Part shown: piece by piece, positions 40,991-50,502 of the stretch
Position numbering within the stretch: the first letter of the stretch is position 1
Layout: each line of letters starts with the position of its first letter
Assembly: GCA_965372795.1 (NCBI GenBank)
Contig: CBDVDR010000002.1
Coordinates: 1 to 64,000, forward strand
Length of the DNA stretch: 64,000 nucleotides
Source: an uncultured bacterium
Lineage (GTDB): Bacteria; Zixibacteria; MSB-5A5; GN15; FEB-12
Direction of reading: 5' to 3'
Position numbers and translations under genes: made by a program
Notes under the pieces: generated by a model
Databases searched by the model: none
Told to the model about the DNA's origin: nothing
What the model saw: the letters and a program-made list of their open reading frames with translations, nothing else

Positions 40991-41999
40991 TGGGACCTCC
41001 TAAAAAATGAAGGATTTGGATTCGGTCATTATATGTATCAGCAATATATACTGTATCATTATTTATTGCAAGACCAGATGGGGAATAAAACTGTCCGGCT
41101 TCATTTCCAACTGAACCGACAACAAGTAAAAAGCGACCGGTAGAATCAAATATTTGCATATTGTCAAATAGATTGTCTACTACATAGATATTACCTTCGC
41201 TATCAGTAGCAACACCTTTGACCCGTGCAAAAGTTCCGGGACCATCACCTTCTTCACCAAATGCTGAAATAAAATTTCCGTCTGAATCAAATCTCTTAAT
41301 TTTATAATTTAATGCATCGTTTACTAATATATTATTGTCCCGAGCAGTAGCAACATAAGTAGGGAAGTGGAATCGGTCTTCAATTGCTAAATCGTTTGAC
41401 ACCACCCGTATCAATTTACCATCAAAATCATAAATTTTTAAATCATGATCGCCCGTATCAATTATATAAATAAGTTTCTTATCTGAATTGGCTGATATCC
41501 CGGTAGGTCTTGATAACCCTTCTGTTATAAACGGTTTGACTTTGCCATTCTCAAATTTATAAACTGCTTTATTCTCACTGTCTGTTATAAATATAACATC
41601 GTCATTACCTTGACATAAACAGACCGGAAAACTAAAAGGACTATTCTTGTCATAATATTTCTTGTAACTGTTATCAGATAATTTAATTTCAATCAAATAA
41701 GGAATTCCCTGACAGGTAAGATACATCTTGTCCTTGACTACAATTACATCATACGGCAAACTAATTATATCTTTTTCGCTGCGACCACTAAGAAAGCTTT
41801 TAACTTTTGAAAAAAAACCGCTTCCTACTCGAAGGTCTTTACAAGCAATCTCTCCGACATATTCTATACGAGGCTCATCAGGATGAGGTGGCCAATACAA
41901 CTTCTGTGCAATTACACTCACTGATAGCATTATTATAACAAAAAGAGTCATTGTAAATCGTATGTTAATTAACTTATTCATATGTTTATTATATACCAA
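40980..41999 (-). CDS. NHL-repeat beta-propeller protein
   Basis: WPPHPDEPRIEYV; FGEEGDGPGTFARVKGVATDSEGNIYVVD; GQFYSPSGLAI. True start may be the Met at 41981. Confidence 0.9.
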   Translation of the reverse strand: MVYNKHMNKLINIRFTMTLFVIIMLSVSVIAQKLYWPPHPDEPRIEYVGEIACKDLRVGSGFFSKVKSFLSGRSEKDIISLPYDVIVVKDKMYLTCQGIPYLIEIKLSDNSYKKYYDKNSPFSFPVCLCQGNDDVIFITDSENKAVYKFENGKVKPFITEGLSRPTGISANSDKKLIYIIDTGDHDLKIYDFDGKLIRVVSNDLAIEDRFHFPTYVATARDNNILVNDALNYKIKRFDSDGNFISAFGEEGDGPGTFARVKGVATDSEGNIYVVDNLFDNMQIFDSTGRFLLVVGSVGNEAGQFYSPSGLAINNDTVYIADTYNDRIQILHFLGGPNED

Positions 42000-44130
42000 A
42001 TTTCCTTGTTATACTTATAGATAATTCATAAAACTTATAAGTGTCAAGAATGAGTTCATCTGTTGAAAAAATATGAGATATTGTTAAATCAATTTGGTTA
42101 TATCTATAAGAAATCTCTGATTCTGTTTTAAAAGAAGCTTGTCTCGGCATTCCTTCCAAATCTCTATACTGTTTAATTATTTCTGTTGAGAATGGAAATT
42201 TTATATAAGGAATATAAGTGTCCAGCTTAAAAAGAATACCTGTCGTTTTACTCCCTTTGGCATTTGCCAAAGAGAAATTAGTCGAAAATTCAACGTCTTT
42301 AAATTGACTTGAATTATAATTTATAGATATTGTATTTGAATATTCAGTCGGTGTAACTTTTGTTACTAGTACAGATTGTTGAGTAATAGTATCTCGTTCT
42401 TCCGTATCAAAATCACCTGTGAATCTCCAGGTATGTGAAGTAGATAAAGAAATAGTGTGTTTTTCCGAAAGATCTTTTCGGAAAAGAAAATCCCATAATA
42501 CTTGTGAGCTGGTTTTTGTACTATTATTTTCAGTAGTTTTTGTAAATACATGACCTAATTTTGTGGATACTTCACCCAGTAACCGATTATCTGTTTGGCT
42601 GATCTCAAAAGATGAGTTCATCGTTAATCCTTCAGATTCACTTTTGAGAGTGTCGCCAATCTTTTCTCTGGAATCTATTTTTATAGAACTCATCGGAACG
42701 AATTTTAATCTCCCAGACGATAATTCCATTCGATTTCTTAATTCATAACTTTTATTTGTCGCTTCATCTCTACCAAACCCTGTTTTGTTCTGTTGAGATA
42801 ATTCGCCATTAAAAGATATATGGTGTTTATATCTTTCTGAAGGTAATGCAAGTTTCGCAATATATTTTGTGTTGTCAGTTTCAATTTTAATTCCATCAGT
42901 AGTTTCTAATACATCCAGTTTATAATCATGGCTGACACTTCCGATAAGACCTTTTCTTTGAATGAAATTTAGGGTTGTTAGGTTTTTCGAATTATCGGTT
43001 ATTAGTTTATCAATACCTCCGGTAATACTTTCTCTTGCAGTTTTTTCTGAGTTAATCACTATATCAAATTTCCTGGAAATTTGATATAATAGTGAATTTT
43101 TAAAACCATCTGATAATTCTTTTAAATGGGTGCTTGCACTGAAAAGGTCGATGTGGGAAAAATTTGTTTTAATTTTTAATTTTTTAGTTAAATAACTAAA
43201 ATCAATCATAGCTTCAGTATTATCATTGATAATATCATTTTTAACAGGGAACTTCTCAACATCAATATTTATTACATAATTTTTCTCATGATTCAAATTG
43301 ACACTTATTGAACTCTGCATATAGTTATGTAATGGAATCACATCAATAAAATGACTGCCTGAATCAAAAGTAATCGTAAAGGTAAACTCAGGTGGGATTA
43401 TCTCATTGAATGTACCCGAAATTATTCTTACTGAATCATCTTTTATTTTATTGTTAAATATTACCGATACAGTATTGGTAAAAATATCACCTGGAAGCTC
43501 TAATGATGATATAATTATTTTTCGATCTTCATCAAAATCATAATCATATGAATTATCGGTCTTTTGGTTATTGAATGAGGCATCAAGCGTTGCTCCACTG
43601 AATAATTTACTCGAAAAATACGTACCGTACTTCTCTTCATTGATTCTTCTCTTTTGTAAAATTGCAAGACCGGGGGTGAGAAGCTCAGTCGAAGATCGCT
43701 CTGATTCATTAAACTTTAGAGAGACATCTTTCATTTTGATATAGAAAAAACTCAATGGATATGATCGTTTTGGGAAAAAGATGATATTACCGCTAAAATT
43801 ATTTAATTCAGGCGATGAATATGAACCCAATTGTAAAGTGTTGGTTTTCATTGAAGTAAAAAAACCTTTTAACATTGCCGAAAGAAAATAATTGGCAAAA
43901 TTCTCTGTCTTTATACTCCCGCCATTAGCAAAACTTACATAATGGTTTGAAATAAATCTGGTCGCATTATTGGGAGAGTAGCTGTTGGCATTGGACTCAC
44001 TGGATGAATTAATTGCATGAAGATCAACACCGAGCGATCCCTTTATTCGATATTGGGCTGATATGTTTGCACTTAAAAGCAATAGAACAAATGAAATTGT
44101 CCAAAAATATGTTGAATTATTTACTCTCAA
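41989..44130 (-). CDS. Predicted large outer-membrane beta-barrel protein
   Basis: Signal peptide, 713 aa of alternating amphipathic beta-strands, C-terminal YELSISITRKFGI. Sits between the two OmcE-like modules. Confidence 0.65.
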   Translation of the reverse strand: MRVNNSTYFWTISFVLLLLSANISAQYRIKGSLGVDLHAINSSSESNANSYSPNNATRFISNHYVSFANGGSIKTENFANYFLSAMLKGFFTSMKTNTLQLGSYSSPELNNFSGNIIFFPKRSYPLSFFYIKMKDVSLKFNESERSSTELLTPGLAILQKRRINEEKYGTYFSSKLFSGATLDASFNNQKTDNSYDYDFDEDRKIIISSLELPGDIFTNTVSVIFNNKIKDDSVRIISGTFNEIIPPEFTFTITFDSGSHFIDVIPLHNYMQSSISVNLNHEKNYVINIDVEKFPVKNDIINDNTEAMIDFSYLTKKLKIKTNFSHIDLFSASTHLKELSDGFKNSLLYQISRKFDIVINSEKTARESITGGIDKLITDNSKNLTTLNFIQRKGLIGSVSHDYKLDVLETTDGIKIETDNTKYIAKLALPSERYKHHISFNGELSQQNKTGFGRDEATNKSYELRNRMELSSGRLKFVPMSSIKIDSREKIGDTLKSESEGLTMNSSFEISQTDNRLLGEVSTKLGHVFTKTTENNSTKTSSQVLWDFLFRKDLSEKHTISLSTSHTWRFTGDFDTEERDTITQQSVLVTKVTPTEYSNTISINYNSSQFKDVEFSTNFSLANAKGSKTTGILFKLDTYIPYIKFPFSTEIIKQYRDLEGMPRQASFKTESEISYRYNQIDLTISHIFSTDELILDTYKFYELSISITRKFGI

Positions 44131-44139
44131 AAGAACTCT

Positions 44140-44808
44140 TTATTTGGTGTGACACCGTCCGCATAAAGCAGAGTTAGCATTTGATTCAATTAAAAAAGCC
44201 CCATAAGTATTATCATGAGGATCATGACAAGAATTACACTCAACATAAATACCCTCTGATAGAAGTTTATCAGGGTATAAAGCTGGATCTCCGGTTTTGG
44301 CGACGAAATCATCATCTTTAGTATGATCATAGATTATTCCAACAGGGTGGTCATCTTGTAAATTCGTTCCAACATAAGAATCCGAAGCTGCTGTCAACTT
44401 GCCGGCACCATCAAGGGCTGAGCCACCGGGAGTTCCATAAGAACCCGCACCTTGAGGTCCGGGTACATTATTTAGTGAATTAATCGCAATTGTTCCATCA
44501 TGACAAGTCAAACAAACCAAAGAACCGTTATTTGGCTGCAAGGTTTGAGACATGTCTATCGAAGGAGAATCATACATATCATAAGTTTGACCAGAATTTG
44601 TATGATTCCACAATGGGGCAGGGTCTGTCACATCGGCATTATGAGCAGTATGACAGAAGGAGCAAACCCGTCGAGTACCATAGAAAAATGCGTTTGGACT
44701 ATAAGTTGCAGATGTGAAATTATGCTTGGTCTCTCTGACACCAGCCATTGAAATTCCACTGCCAATAACTATACTTGCTATTATTAGTAAGATTATAAGT
44801 TTTTTCAT
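44140..44808 (-). CDS. OmcE-like tetraheme cytochrome c
   Basis: VRETKHNF...VCSFCHTAHNA...PLWN...MYDSPS...SLVCLTCHDG...VGTNLQDDHPV...VECNSCHDPHDN...FL...SALCGRCH. Confidence 0.88.
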   Translation of the reverse strand: MKKLIILLIIASIVIGSGISMAGVRETKHNFTSATYSPNAFFYGTRRVCSFCHTAHNADVTDPAPLWNHTNSGQTYDMYDSPSIDMSQTLQPNNGSLVCLTCHDGTIAINSLNNVPGPQGAGSYGTPGGSALDGAGKLTAASDSYVGTNLQDDHPVGIIYDHTKDDDFVAKTGDPALYPDKLLSEGIYVECNSCHDPHDNTYGAFLIESNANSALCGRCHTK

Positions 44809-44818
44809 AATATATTCC

Positions 44819-45868
44819 TTAATTGACTAATCCTTCTTGTCCCAGATATTGAAATACTTGAACTCTTCTATTTATTGAGTCACCAATATATATATAATTC
44901 TCATCATCAATTGAAATACCGGCAGGAAGCCTGAATTCACCAGGACGCATACCTGCTTGACCAAATTTTAACAATACTCTCCCGATGTTATCGAATATTA
45001 TGACTTTATTTCTAACAGCATCTGTAATGTAAATATTATTATCAGAATCTATAGAGATATCTCTTGGACGTACCATTGGTCCGGGAGAAGTCTCTGTGGA
45101 TCCAAAATTAAATAAAAAATTACCGTCTATATCAAACACTTGAACTGAAAAATGAAAAGAATCAACGACATATACTGAATCACCCTTATTAATTGCTACC
45201 GTCAATGGAAAATGAAATTCTCCAAGTTCATCACCACGATGCCCAAACTCTTTTATAAATTTGCCATCTTTAGTAAAGATTTTTACTTTATGATCCTGTG
45301 AATCTACAATAAACATTTTGTCTTCATTCTTAGTAAATGTAATTCCTACCGGTCCTTTAAAATCTTCTGCCGAGCCGATAAAATGAGAAAATTTGTAATC
45401 AGGTGTGAAAACTACTACTCTTTTTAATTTTGTGTCACTCACATAAATTAGCCCATTTCTGTCCAATTTTACATAAACTGGTTCGGCAAGATACCCTTGG
45501 CTTCCTAAAGAATTGAAAAACTTAGAGGTCCCTTTTTCAAAATCCAGGACTAAAATACCCTTTGTAGCTGTATCGGCAATAAATAACTTAGATTTACCAT
45601 CGTAGGTGACACCGTAAGGCTTTTGTATCAAATGAGTTGTACCTCTTCCTAAAAAGAAGTCTCGAACTTTTCCGAAAAATGACCTTTTCATATTTTCACT
45701 GCCATAAATCGTTTTGACATATTTGATCTTGGGAGTTAATGGAGCTTTTGGCCAGTAGATTTCTTCCACAGGTCGGGGAGGTTTACTACAACTGCACAAC
45801 AATAAAATCATCAATGATATTACTATATAAATAATTCTCATAGATTTCATATATCTCATATATCTCAT
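44819..45868 (-). CDS. NHL-repeat beta-propeller lipoprotein
   Basis: Lipobox LCSC; WPKAPLTPKIKYV; FGHRGDELGEFHFP; GEFRLPAGISID. Start taken at the ATGA overlap (45868); later in-frame ATGs are possible. Confidence 0.9.
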   Translation of the reverse strand: MRYMRYMKSMRIIYIVISLMILLLCSCSKPPRPVEEIYWPKAPLTPKIKYVKTIYGSENMKRSFFGKVRDFFLGRGTTHLIQKPYGVTYDGKSKLFIADTATKGILVLDFEKGTSKFFNSLGSQGYLAEPVYVKLDRNGLIYVSDTKLKRVVVFTPDYKFSHFIGSAEDFKGPVGITFTKNEDKMFIVDSQDHKVKIFTKDGKFIKEFGHRGDELGEFHFPLTVAINKGDSVYVVDSFHFSVQVFDIDGNFLFNFGSTETSPGPMVRPRDISIDSDNNIYITDAVRNKVIIFDNIGRVLLKFGQAGMRPGEFRLPAGISIDDENYIYIGDSINRRVQVFQYLGQEGLVN

Positions 45869-46971
45869 AATAAATCCATATGACAACCTAAACAAATTAA
45901 ATTATTGTCAGATTTAAGCATAAAAGGTTGTTTTGATGAATGTGGATTATGACAGGTCAGGCATTCTAATTTGCCCTCTTGGGATAATTGTAAATTACTT
46001 GATAATTCCTTTTTTGGGGCTACGTTAAACGGGTGAGAATGATCTTTTAAATCACCTTCAACTTTATGGCAGGATAAACAAATTATTTCAGAATCTGCTT
46101 TTAAAATCCATTCATTATTTGTTGAATGAGGATCATGACAGCCACCACAATTGCCTTCAATAAAAGGCTTATGAACTACTGTGGCGTTTACTTGTTTTTC
46201 AACATCTTCATGACACTCAAAACATAACATGTCTTCAGGAAGATTGAGGATATGTTCATTTTCCGATCCATGATGCGAATGGCAAATTAGACAACTGCCA
46301 CCAGCTATGGGACCATGAACATATTCCTTGTCAAATGATTTTATCTTATCTTCATGACACTTGAAACAGGGGTTCTTTGATTGAGTTTGCTCATCAACTA
46401 CTGCTTTCAAATTTGAACTAAGTTCATGACACAAAAAACACGTTTTATCATCTGCTTTTGTATGTTTGTCAAAATTATCTTTTAATGATATATGACAACT
46501 TGTACATGTTTTGGAATCATCAACTTTGTTCAAATTAGCGAAATCAATCTCATGGCATGCCAGACAACTTTGATCTACTTCCTGACTATGGAATGAATAA
46601 TTTGGATATAACCTTTTGTATTTACGCTCTATCAAAGGAGCATACATTACTTCAACAATTGAATATTTTGTTTCTGAGGAAGATTTCCCGCTGTAAGCTG
46701 GAATCAATTTTATTTCGTGTAATCCATATCCAAAATTAATCTGCTTATGAAAAAAACTGTCTTTTACTAATATGTTATCGTAAAGTTTCCCATTTAAAAA
46801 TATGTCAACAATTTGGGCATCGGTCTTTCCAACGATTATTATCTTATTCTGATTAATACTGATACGATTATTCGGTGCCAGAATCTCCAGAAGTTCAGAA
46901 GCCTCGGCAAAATTTAATAGATTAAAACTAATGATGATTGTTAGTAGTATATGTTTCAATTCAATTCTCAT
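45865..46971 (-). CDS. Decaheme cytochrome c with N-terminal Ig-like domain
   Basis: Signal peptide, ~110-aa heme-free beta domain, 10 CxxCH partly in doubled CxxCHxPH...CxxCH units. Confidence 0.92.
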   Translation of the reverse strand: MRIELKHILLTIIISFNLLNFAEASELLEILAPNNRISINQNKIIIVGKTDAQIVDIFLNGKLYDNILVKDSFFHKQINFGYGLHEIKLIPAYSGKSSSETKYSIVEVMYAPLIERKYKRLYPNYSFHSQEVDQSCLACHEIDFANLNKVDDSKTCTSCHISLKDNFDKHTKADDKTCFLCHELSSNLKAVVDEQTQSKNPCFKCHEDKIKSFDKEYVHGPIAGGSCLICHSHHGSENEHILNLPEDMLCFECHEDVEKQVNATVVHKPFIEGNCGGCHDPHSTNNEWILKADSEIICLSCHKVEGDLKDHSHPFNVAPKKELSSNLQLSQEGKLECLTCHNPHSSKQPFMLKSDNNLICLGCHMDLL

Positions 46972-46989
46972 TGTTTTAACTCTCTAATT

Positions 46990-47025
46990 AAAAAGGCAGA
47001 GCCGGGATTTTTACCCGACTCTGCC
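46990..47025 (-). terminator. Intra-operon intrinsic terminator after cytochrome 47058..48278
   Basis: Minus strand GGCAGAGTCGGG-TAAAAAT-CCCGGCTCTGCC-TTTTT. Confidence 0.8.
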
Positions 47026-47057
47026 CGAAATACATATTTAAACTATTTTAATATAGT

Positions 47058-48278
47058 TTAGTTAGCAGTATGACAACCACTACAAACGGCATCATTTGTA
47101 TTGTCAGCTCTCAAGAAAGGACGGACTGATCCGCCAAGTCTATGAACAGAGTGACATGTTTCACAAACGATGAAAGCATTGGTAGTTGCATAGTCTTTTG
47201 TTGCATCATAAGTTGCATCATTGATAGCACTTGCTACTGGATATGTAGCACCCAGAGTAGTTGGCATAGTGACATTAGCACTTGCATTCACCTGATCAAC
47301 TGGGTGAGAGTTACCACCAACTTCAGGAGCTGTTGTTGCAGCTGCTGTGTGACAAGTCTGACAGCCATCTGATTCTTCGTTAGCATAAACTTGCAAGAAG
47401 TTTACCGAAGGACCGGCAGCGGCATTAAAGCCTGTTGTATGGACAAAGTGACAGTCATTACAACCAGTCATAGCATCACCATGAGAACCTGTTCCACCAG
47501 TCATGTGTCTACCCGGTGCTGCACCAGCTTGGTTCAAGAAAGTACCATCTGGATAAGATGACGCACTTATACCTGTTGTATAAGTAGTTTGGGATTCATG
47601 ACAATCAACACAAGCACCACCCCAGGCATTTGCTGCATTATTCTGAACTGGAAGTAACCATTTACCGTCAGTTCCTTCAACACCACCGGTTTGTGCTACA
47701 ATAGTACCGGTACCGTGAACTACAGCGATTGAGTGACAATCACCACAGCCGATGTTTGCAGTTTGTGGATGGTTTTCAGCCTGAAGATAGTTGTTAGTAA
47801 GACTAACACCAGGGAAAGTACCATCATGACAATCAGCACATTCACCGGTACTTGCACCAAGAGTGGTCAAGAACTTACCATCAGTGTTATTGTTCTGAGA
47901 ATGAACATCATGACAAGATGCGTCATCTCCGGAACATGTTGCAAATGAAGTAGTATTTGCATGCAACTGGTTAGCACCTGTAAATGGCAATGAACCTGTT
48001 GTTACTTGGGCTACAATAGTACCATCATGACAGGATTGACACAGACCGGCAACGCCACCGGCTCCACCAACACTCATTGACCAAAGTTTGTCAGCGCCAG
48101 AAGTCGCTTTATGTGGAACATGGCAGGATGTACACAGATCAAGTGTACCAACAAAACTACCTGGCATTGTCATGCCAGTTCCGGCCAAGTCATGGGCGCC
48201 GCCATCAACGGCAGCATTTACACCTAAAGGCAGTGCTAACAAAGCAACACCGATAGCGATTGTAAATAGTTTTTTCAT
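47058..48278 (-). CDS. Extended OmcE-like multiheme cytochrome c (9 CxxCH + 1 CX6CH)
   Basis: Signal peptide; AHDL...LCTSCHVPH...LW...LCQSCHDG N-terminus; HPV...CETCHSVH...PFLR...CSGCH C-terminus; rich in Gly, Ala and Thr. Confidence 0.88.
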   Translation of the reverse strand: MKKLFTIAIGVALLALPLGVNAAVDGGAHDLAGTGMTMPGSFVGTLDLCTSCHVPHKATSGADKLWSMSVGGAGGVAGLCQSCHDGTIVAQVTTGSLPFTGANQLHANTTSFATCSGDDASCHDVHSQNNNTDGKFLTTLGASTGECADCHDGTFPGVSLTNNYLQAENHPQTANIGCGDCHSIAVVHGTGTIVAQTGGVEGTDGKWLLPVQNNAANAWGGACVDCHESQTTYTTGISASSYPDGTFLNQAGAAPGRHMTGGTGSHGDAMTGCNDCHFVHTTGFNAAAGPSVNFLQVYANEESDGCQTCHTAAATTAPEVGGNSHPVDQVNASANVTMPTTLGATYPVASAINDATYDATKDYATTNAFIVCETCHSVHRLGGSVRPFLRADNTNDAVCSGCHTAN

Positions 48279-48351
48279 ACCTTCATACCTCCGAAAGACG
48301 AAAAGTTAAAAATTAAGTGATTAGTTGTTATATATAATAAGTTCATTATAT

Positions 48352-49908
48352 CTATTCCGATTTAGTAATTACATATTTAAAGCCCATTACTTTATTACTT
48401 CTTTCACTCGTGACATAAATGATATTGTCTTTAACAATAATGCCTCGAGGTCCTGCAAGCTGCTGGCTCTCATCAGTAAAACTCTTAGTTGAGATAGCTA
48501 TCTTTGGTTCACCTTCCAGGTTGAAGGCTTGAATTGTTCCAGCCATAGCGTCAGTACACCAGTACAAACCGTCTGAAAAATTTACTCCGACCGCACGACC
48601 AAAGGTACCTACTGATGTGCCCATTCCGCCAAAATGTAATTGTTCTTCACCTTCAAAATTTGAAATAATAATTTGACCCATGATAGGATTTGTATGAACA
48701 AAAGTTTTATCATCAATTATCTGGACTCCATTTGGATAATGAGCAAGGAATGTTTCACCCATTTTATATTCTTTTTGAATTTGACCTTCAGAATCAATAA
48801 TTAGAATTCGATGGTTGCCAACATCTGAACATAAGATCCTTCCATCATCAAATACATCAATGCCGTTTGCTCTTAGCCCTTCCTTTTCACCTTCTGGTAC
48901 TTTGATCCTTTTAATGAATTTTCCTTCAGATGAGAATATTTGTATGTCTCTTGTAGAAACATCACTCACATAAACCTGATCTTTACTGTCTATTCCTATT
49001 GCAAATGGAATTAAAAATGCTCCGTTTGGTGGATCTTCTCGATCATCAGATTCCATTCCTGATCCAAAGACAAACTTTACTTGACCGGCATTATCAGTGC
49101 AAACGATTCTATGGTTCCCTTGATCAACAATATAAAAATCACCTTTAGAATTTACGGCAATCCCGGTAGGATTCATTAATGGCTTACCTTTTGCCTCAGT
49201 TACTTCAAAAACCAACTCAAGTTTTATTGAATCAAGATGAATCGTTGATTCTGCAGCTTCAAGTGCCACCCGTTCTTCTTCTGTAAGACCGAATTTTATT
49301 ACGGTCTCTTCTGAAGGATCACTTTCCTCAAATTCTTCATTTAAAGCACTTATGATATAATAATAGGATGTGCCACTAACAAGATTGTCAGCATCGGTAT
49401 AAGATACTCTCGAAACATTGCCGATTAATTCAAACCCTGAACCAGATGTTGTAGAACGACTAATATTATAAGCAATAGCTCCTTTTACTTTATCCCATAA
49501 AATCATTATTGCTGTTTCTCGATCATTTATTCTGGCACCTACTCCTTTAGGAGCAGAAAAAGCATCAATCTCTGCCGGCATTTTTACATCTTTTGTGTTT
49601 CCGGCTAATTCATTGCCATCAACAACCGCAGCAATTTTATAAGTAAAAACTACACCGGCTTGAAGCTTAGTATCAAAATAATTTGTTTTATCAGTAGTGC
49701 CTAATTTTGCAAATTCACTGTCAGCAGTTTTACGATATACAATGTACTCAGAAGCGTCAGCTACTTTCATCCATTTTAGTCCTACTTTTCCTTTGACAAA
49801 AAATGCTCCTATCAGCTTAGGACCTTCCTGGGCCTGAACTGATGAAAATGCAAATGCAGCTATGAAAATTAGAACTACTACTCTCAAAATAGGGGAGAGT
49901 CTCGTCAT
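48352..49908 (-). CDS. Two-FN3-domain + NHL beta-propeller secreted protein
   Basis: FN3 motifs (LKW...Y.VYR...YFD; ILWDKV...YNISRS...YYYIISA) then NHL blades. Start moved from 50040 to ATG 49908, which has an AAGGA SD and begins a signal peptide. Confidence 0.88.
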   Translation of the reverse strand: MTRLSPILRVVVLIFIAAFAFSSVQAQEGPKLIGAFFVKGKVGLKWMKVADASEYIVYRKTADSEFAKLGTTDKTNYFDTKLQAGVVFTYKIAAVVDGNELAGNTKDVKMPAEIDAFSAPKGVGARINDRETAIMILWDKVKGAIAYNISRSTTSGSGFELIGNVSRVSYTDADNLVSGTSYYYIISALNEEFEESDPSEETVIKFGLTEEERVALEAAESTIHLDSIKLELVFEVTEAKGKPLMNPTGIAVNSKGDFYIVDQGNHRIVCTDNAGQVKFVFGSGMESDDREDPPNGAFLIPFAIGIDSKDQVYVSDVSTRDIQIFSSEGKFIKRIKVPEGEKEGLRANGIDVFDDGRILCSDVGNHRILIIDSEGQIQKEYKMGETFLAHYPNGVQIIDDKTFVHTNPIMGQIIISNFEGEEQLHFGGMGTSVGTFGRAVGVNFSDGLYWCTDAMAGTIQAFNLEGEPKIAISTKSFTDESQQLAGPRGIIVKDNIIYVTSERSNKVMGFKYVITKSE

Positions 49909-49981
49909 GTTAAAATTCCTTTTTTTTGTAGTTTCATCTCGATCCTCAGTCATTTGAGAATCAAAAGTATTACTCCCGGTT

Positions 49982-49999
49982 TTGTTATAAAATTCACAA
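49982..49999. promoter_or_regulatory. Rex-like operator
   Basis: TTGTTATAAAATTCACAA, an 18-bp imperfect palindrome. Confidence 0.65.
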
Positions 50000-50123
50000 A
50001 GTGAAGTTCTCTTAATGTTTTTTAATTTAACGCGGTTCATTTCATTAAGCTTTACTTTTTGTTATTTCCATCGATCTAAATTGAAGAGTAAGAAGAGTAT
50101 CTATTAATAAAAGGAAGGCTGGC

Positions 50124-50141
50124 TTGTTATTGAATTCACAA
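50124..50141. promoter_or_regulatory. Rex-like operator
   Basis: TTGTTATTGAATTCACAA, an 18-bp imperfect palindrome. Confidence 0.65.
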
Positions 50142-50231
50142 GTCGAGCTGTTTAAAAATCCTTTTTTTCTTTCTATTCTTAACATCATCAACTGTCTTTT
50201 CTTTTCTTGCGATGACGAAACCATGACAATA

Positions 50232-50267
50232 TTGTGATAAATATAACAATATCGAGGGTTTTGTCAA
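50232..50267 (-). promoter_or_regulatory. Sigma70 promoter with overlapping Rex-like operator
   Basis: Minus strand TTGACA-N16-TATATT with TGn extension. Box TTGTGATAAATATAACAA (50232-50249) covers the -10. Confidence 0.68.
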
Positions 50268-50502
50268 TAGAGAAAATGGAATAAATTTAGTATATTTTAA
50301 TACTTATTTCTGGCAATTATATACAAAAATAAAGCAATAATCAATCCGATTATATGATAATTTAAATCCTCCTTATCTCCTTGTTATCAAAGAGTTAATG
50401 TCATTATCGGTCAACTCTTATCATTTATTGATAATAAAAAATAGGAATTGTTACTTTTTGTGCACTTTTTGGGAATTATTTCTGCTATTTGGGGAAATAG
50501 GA

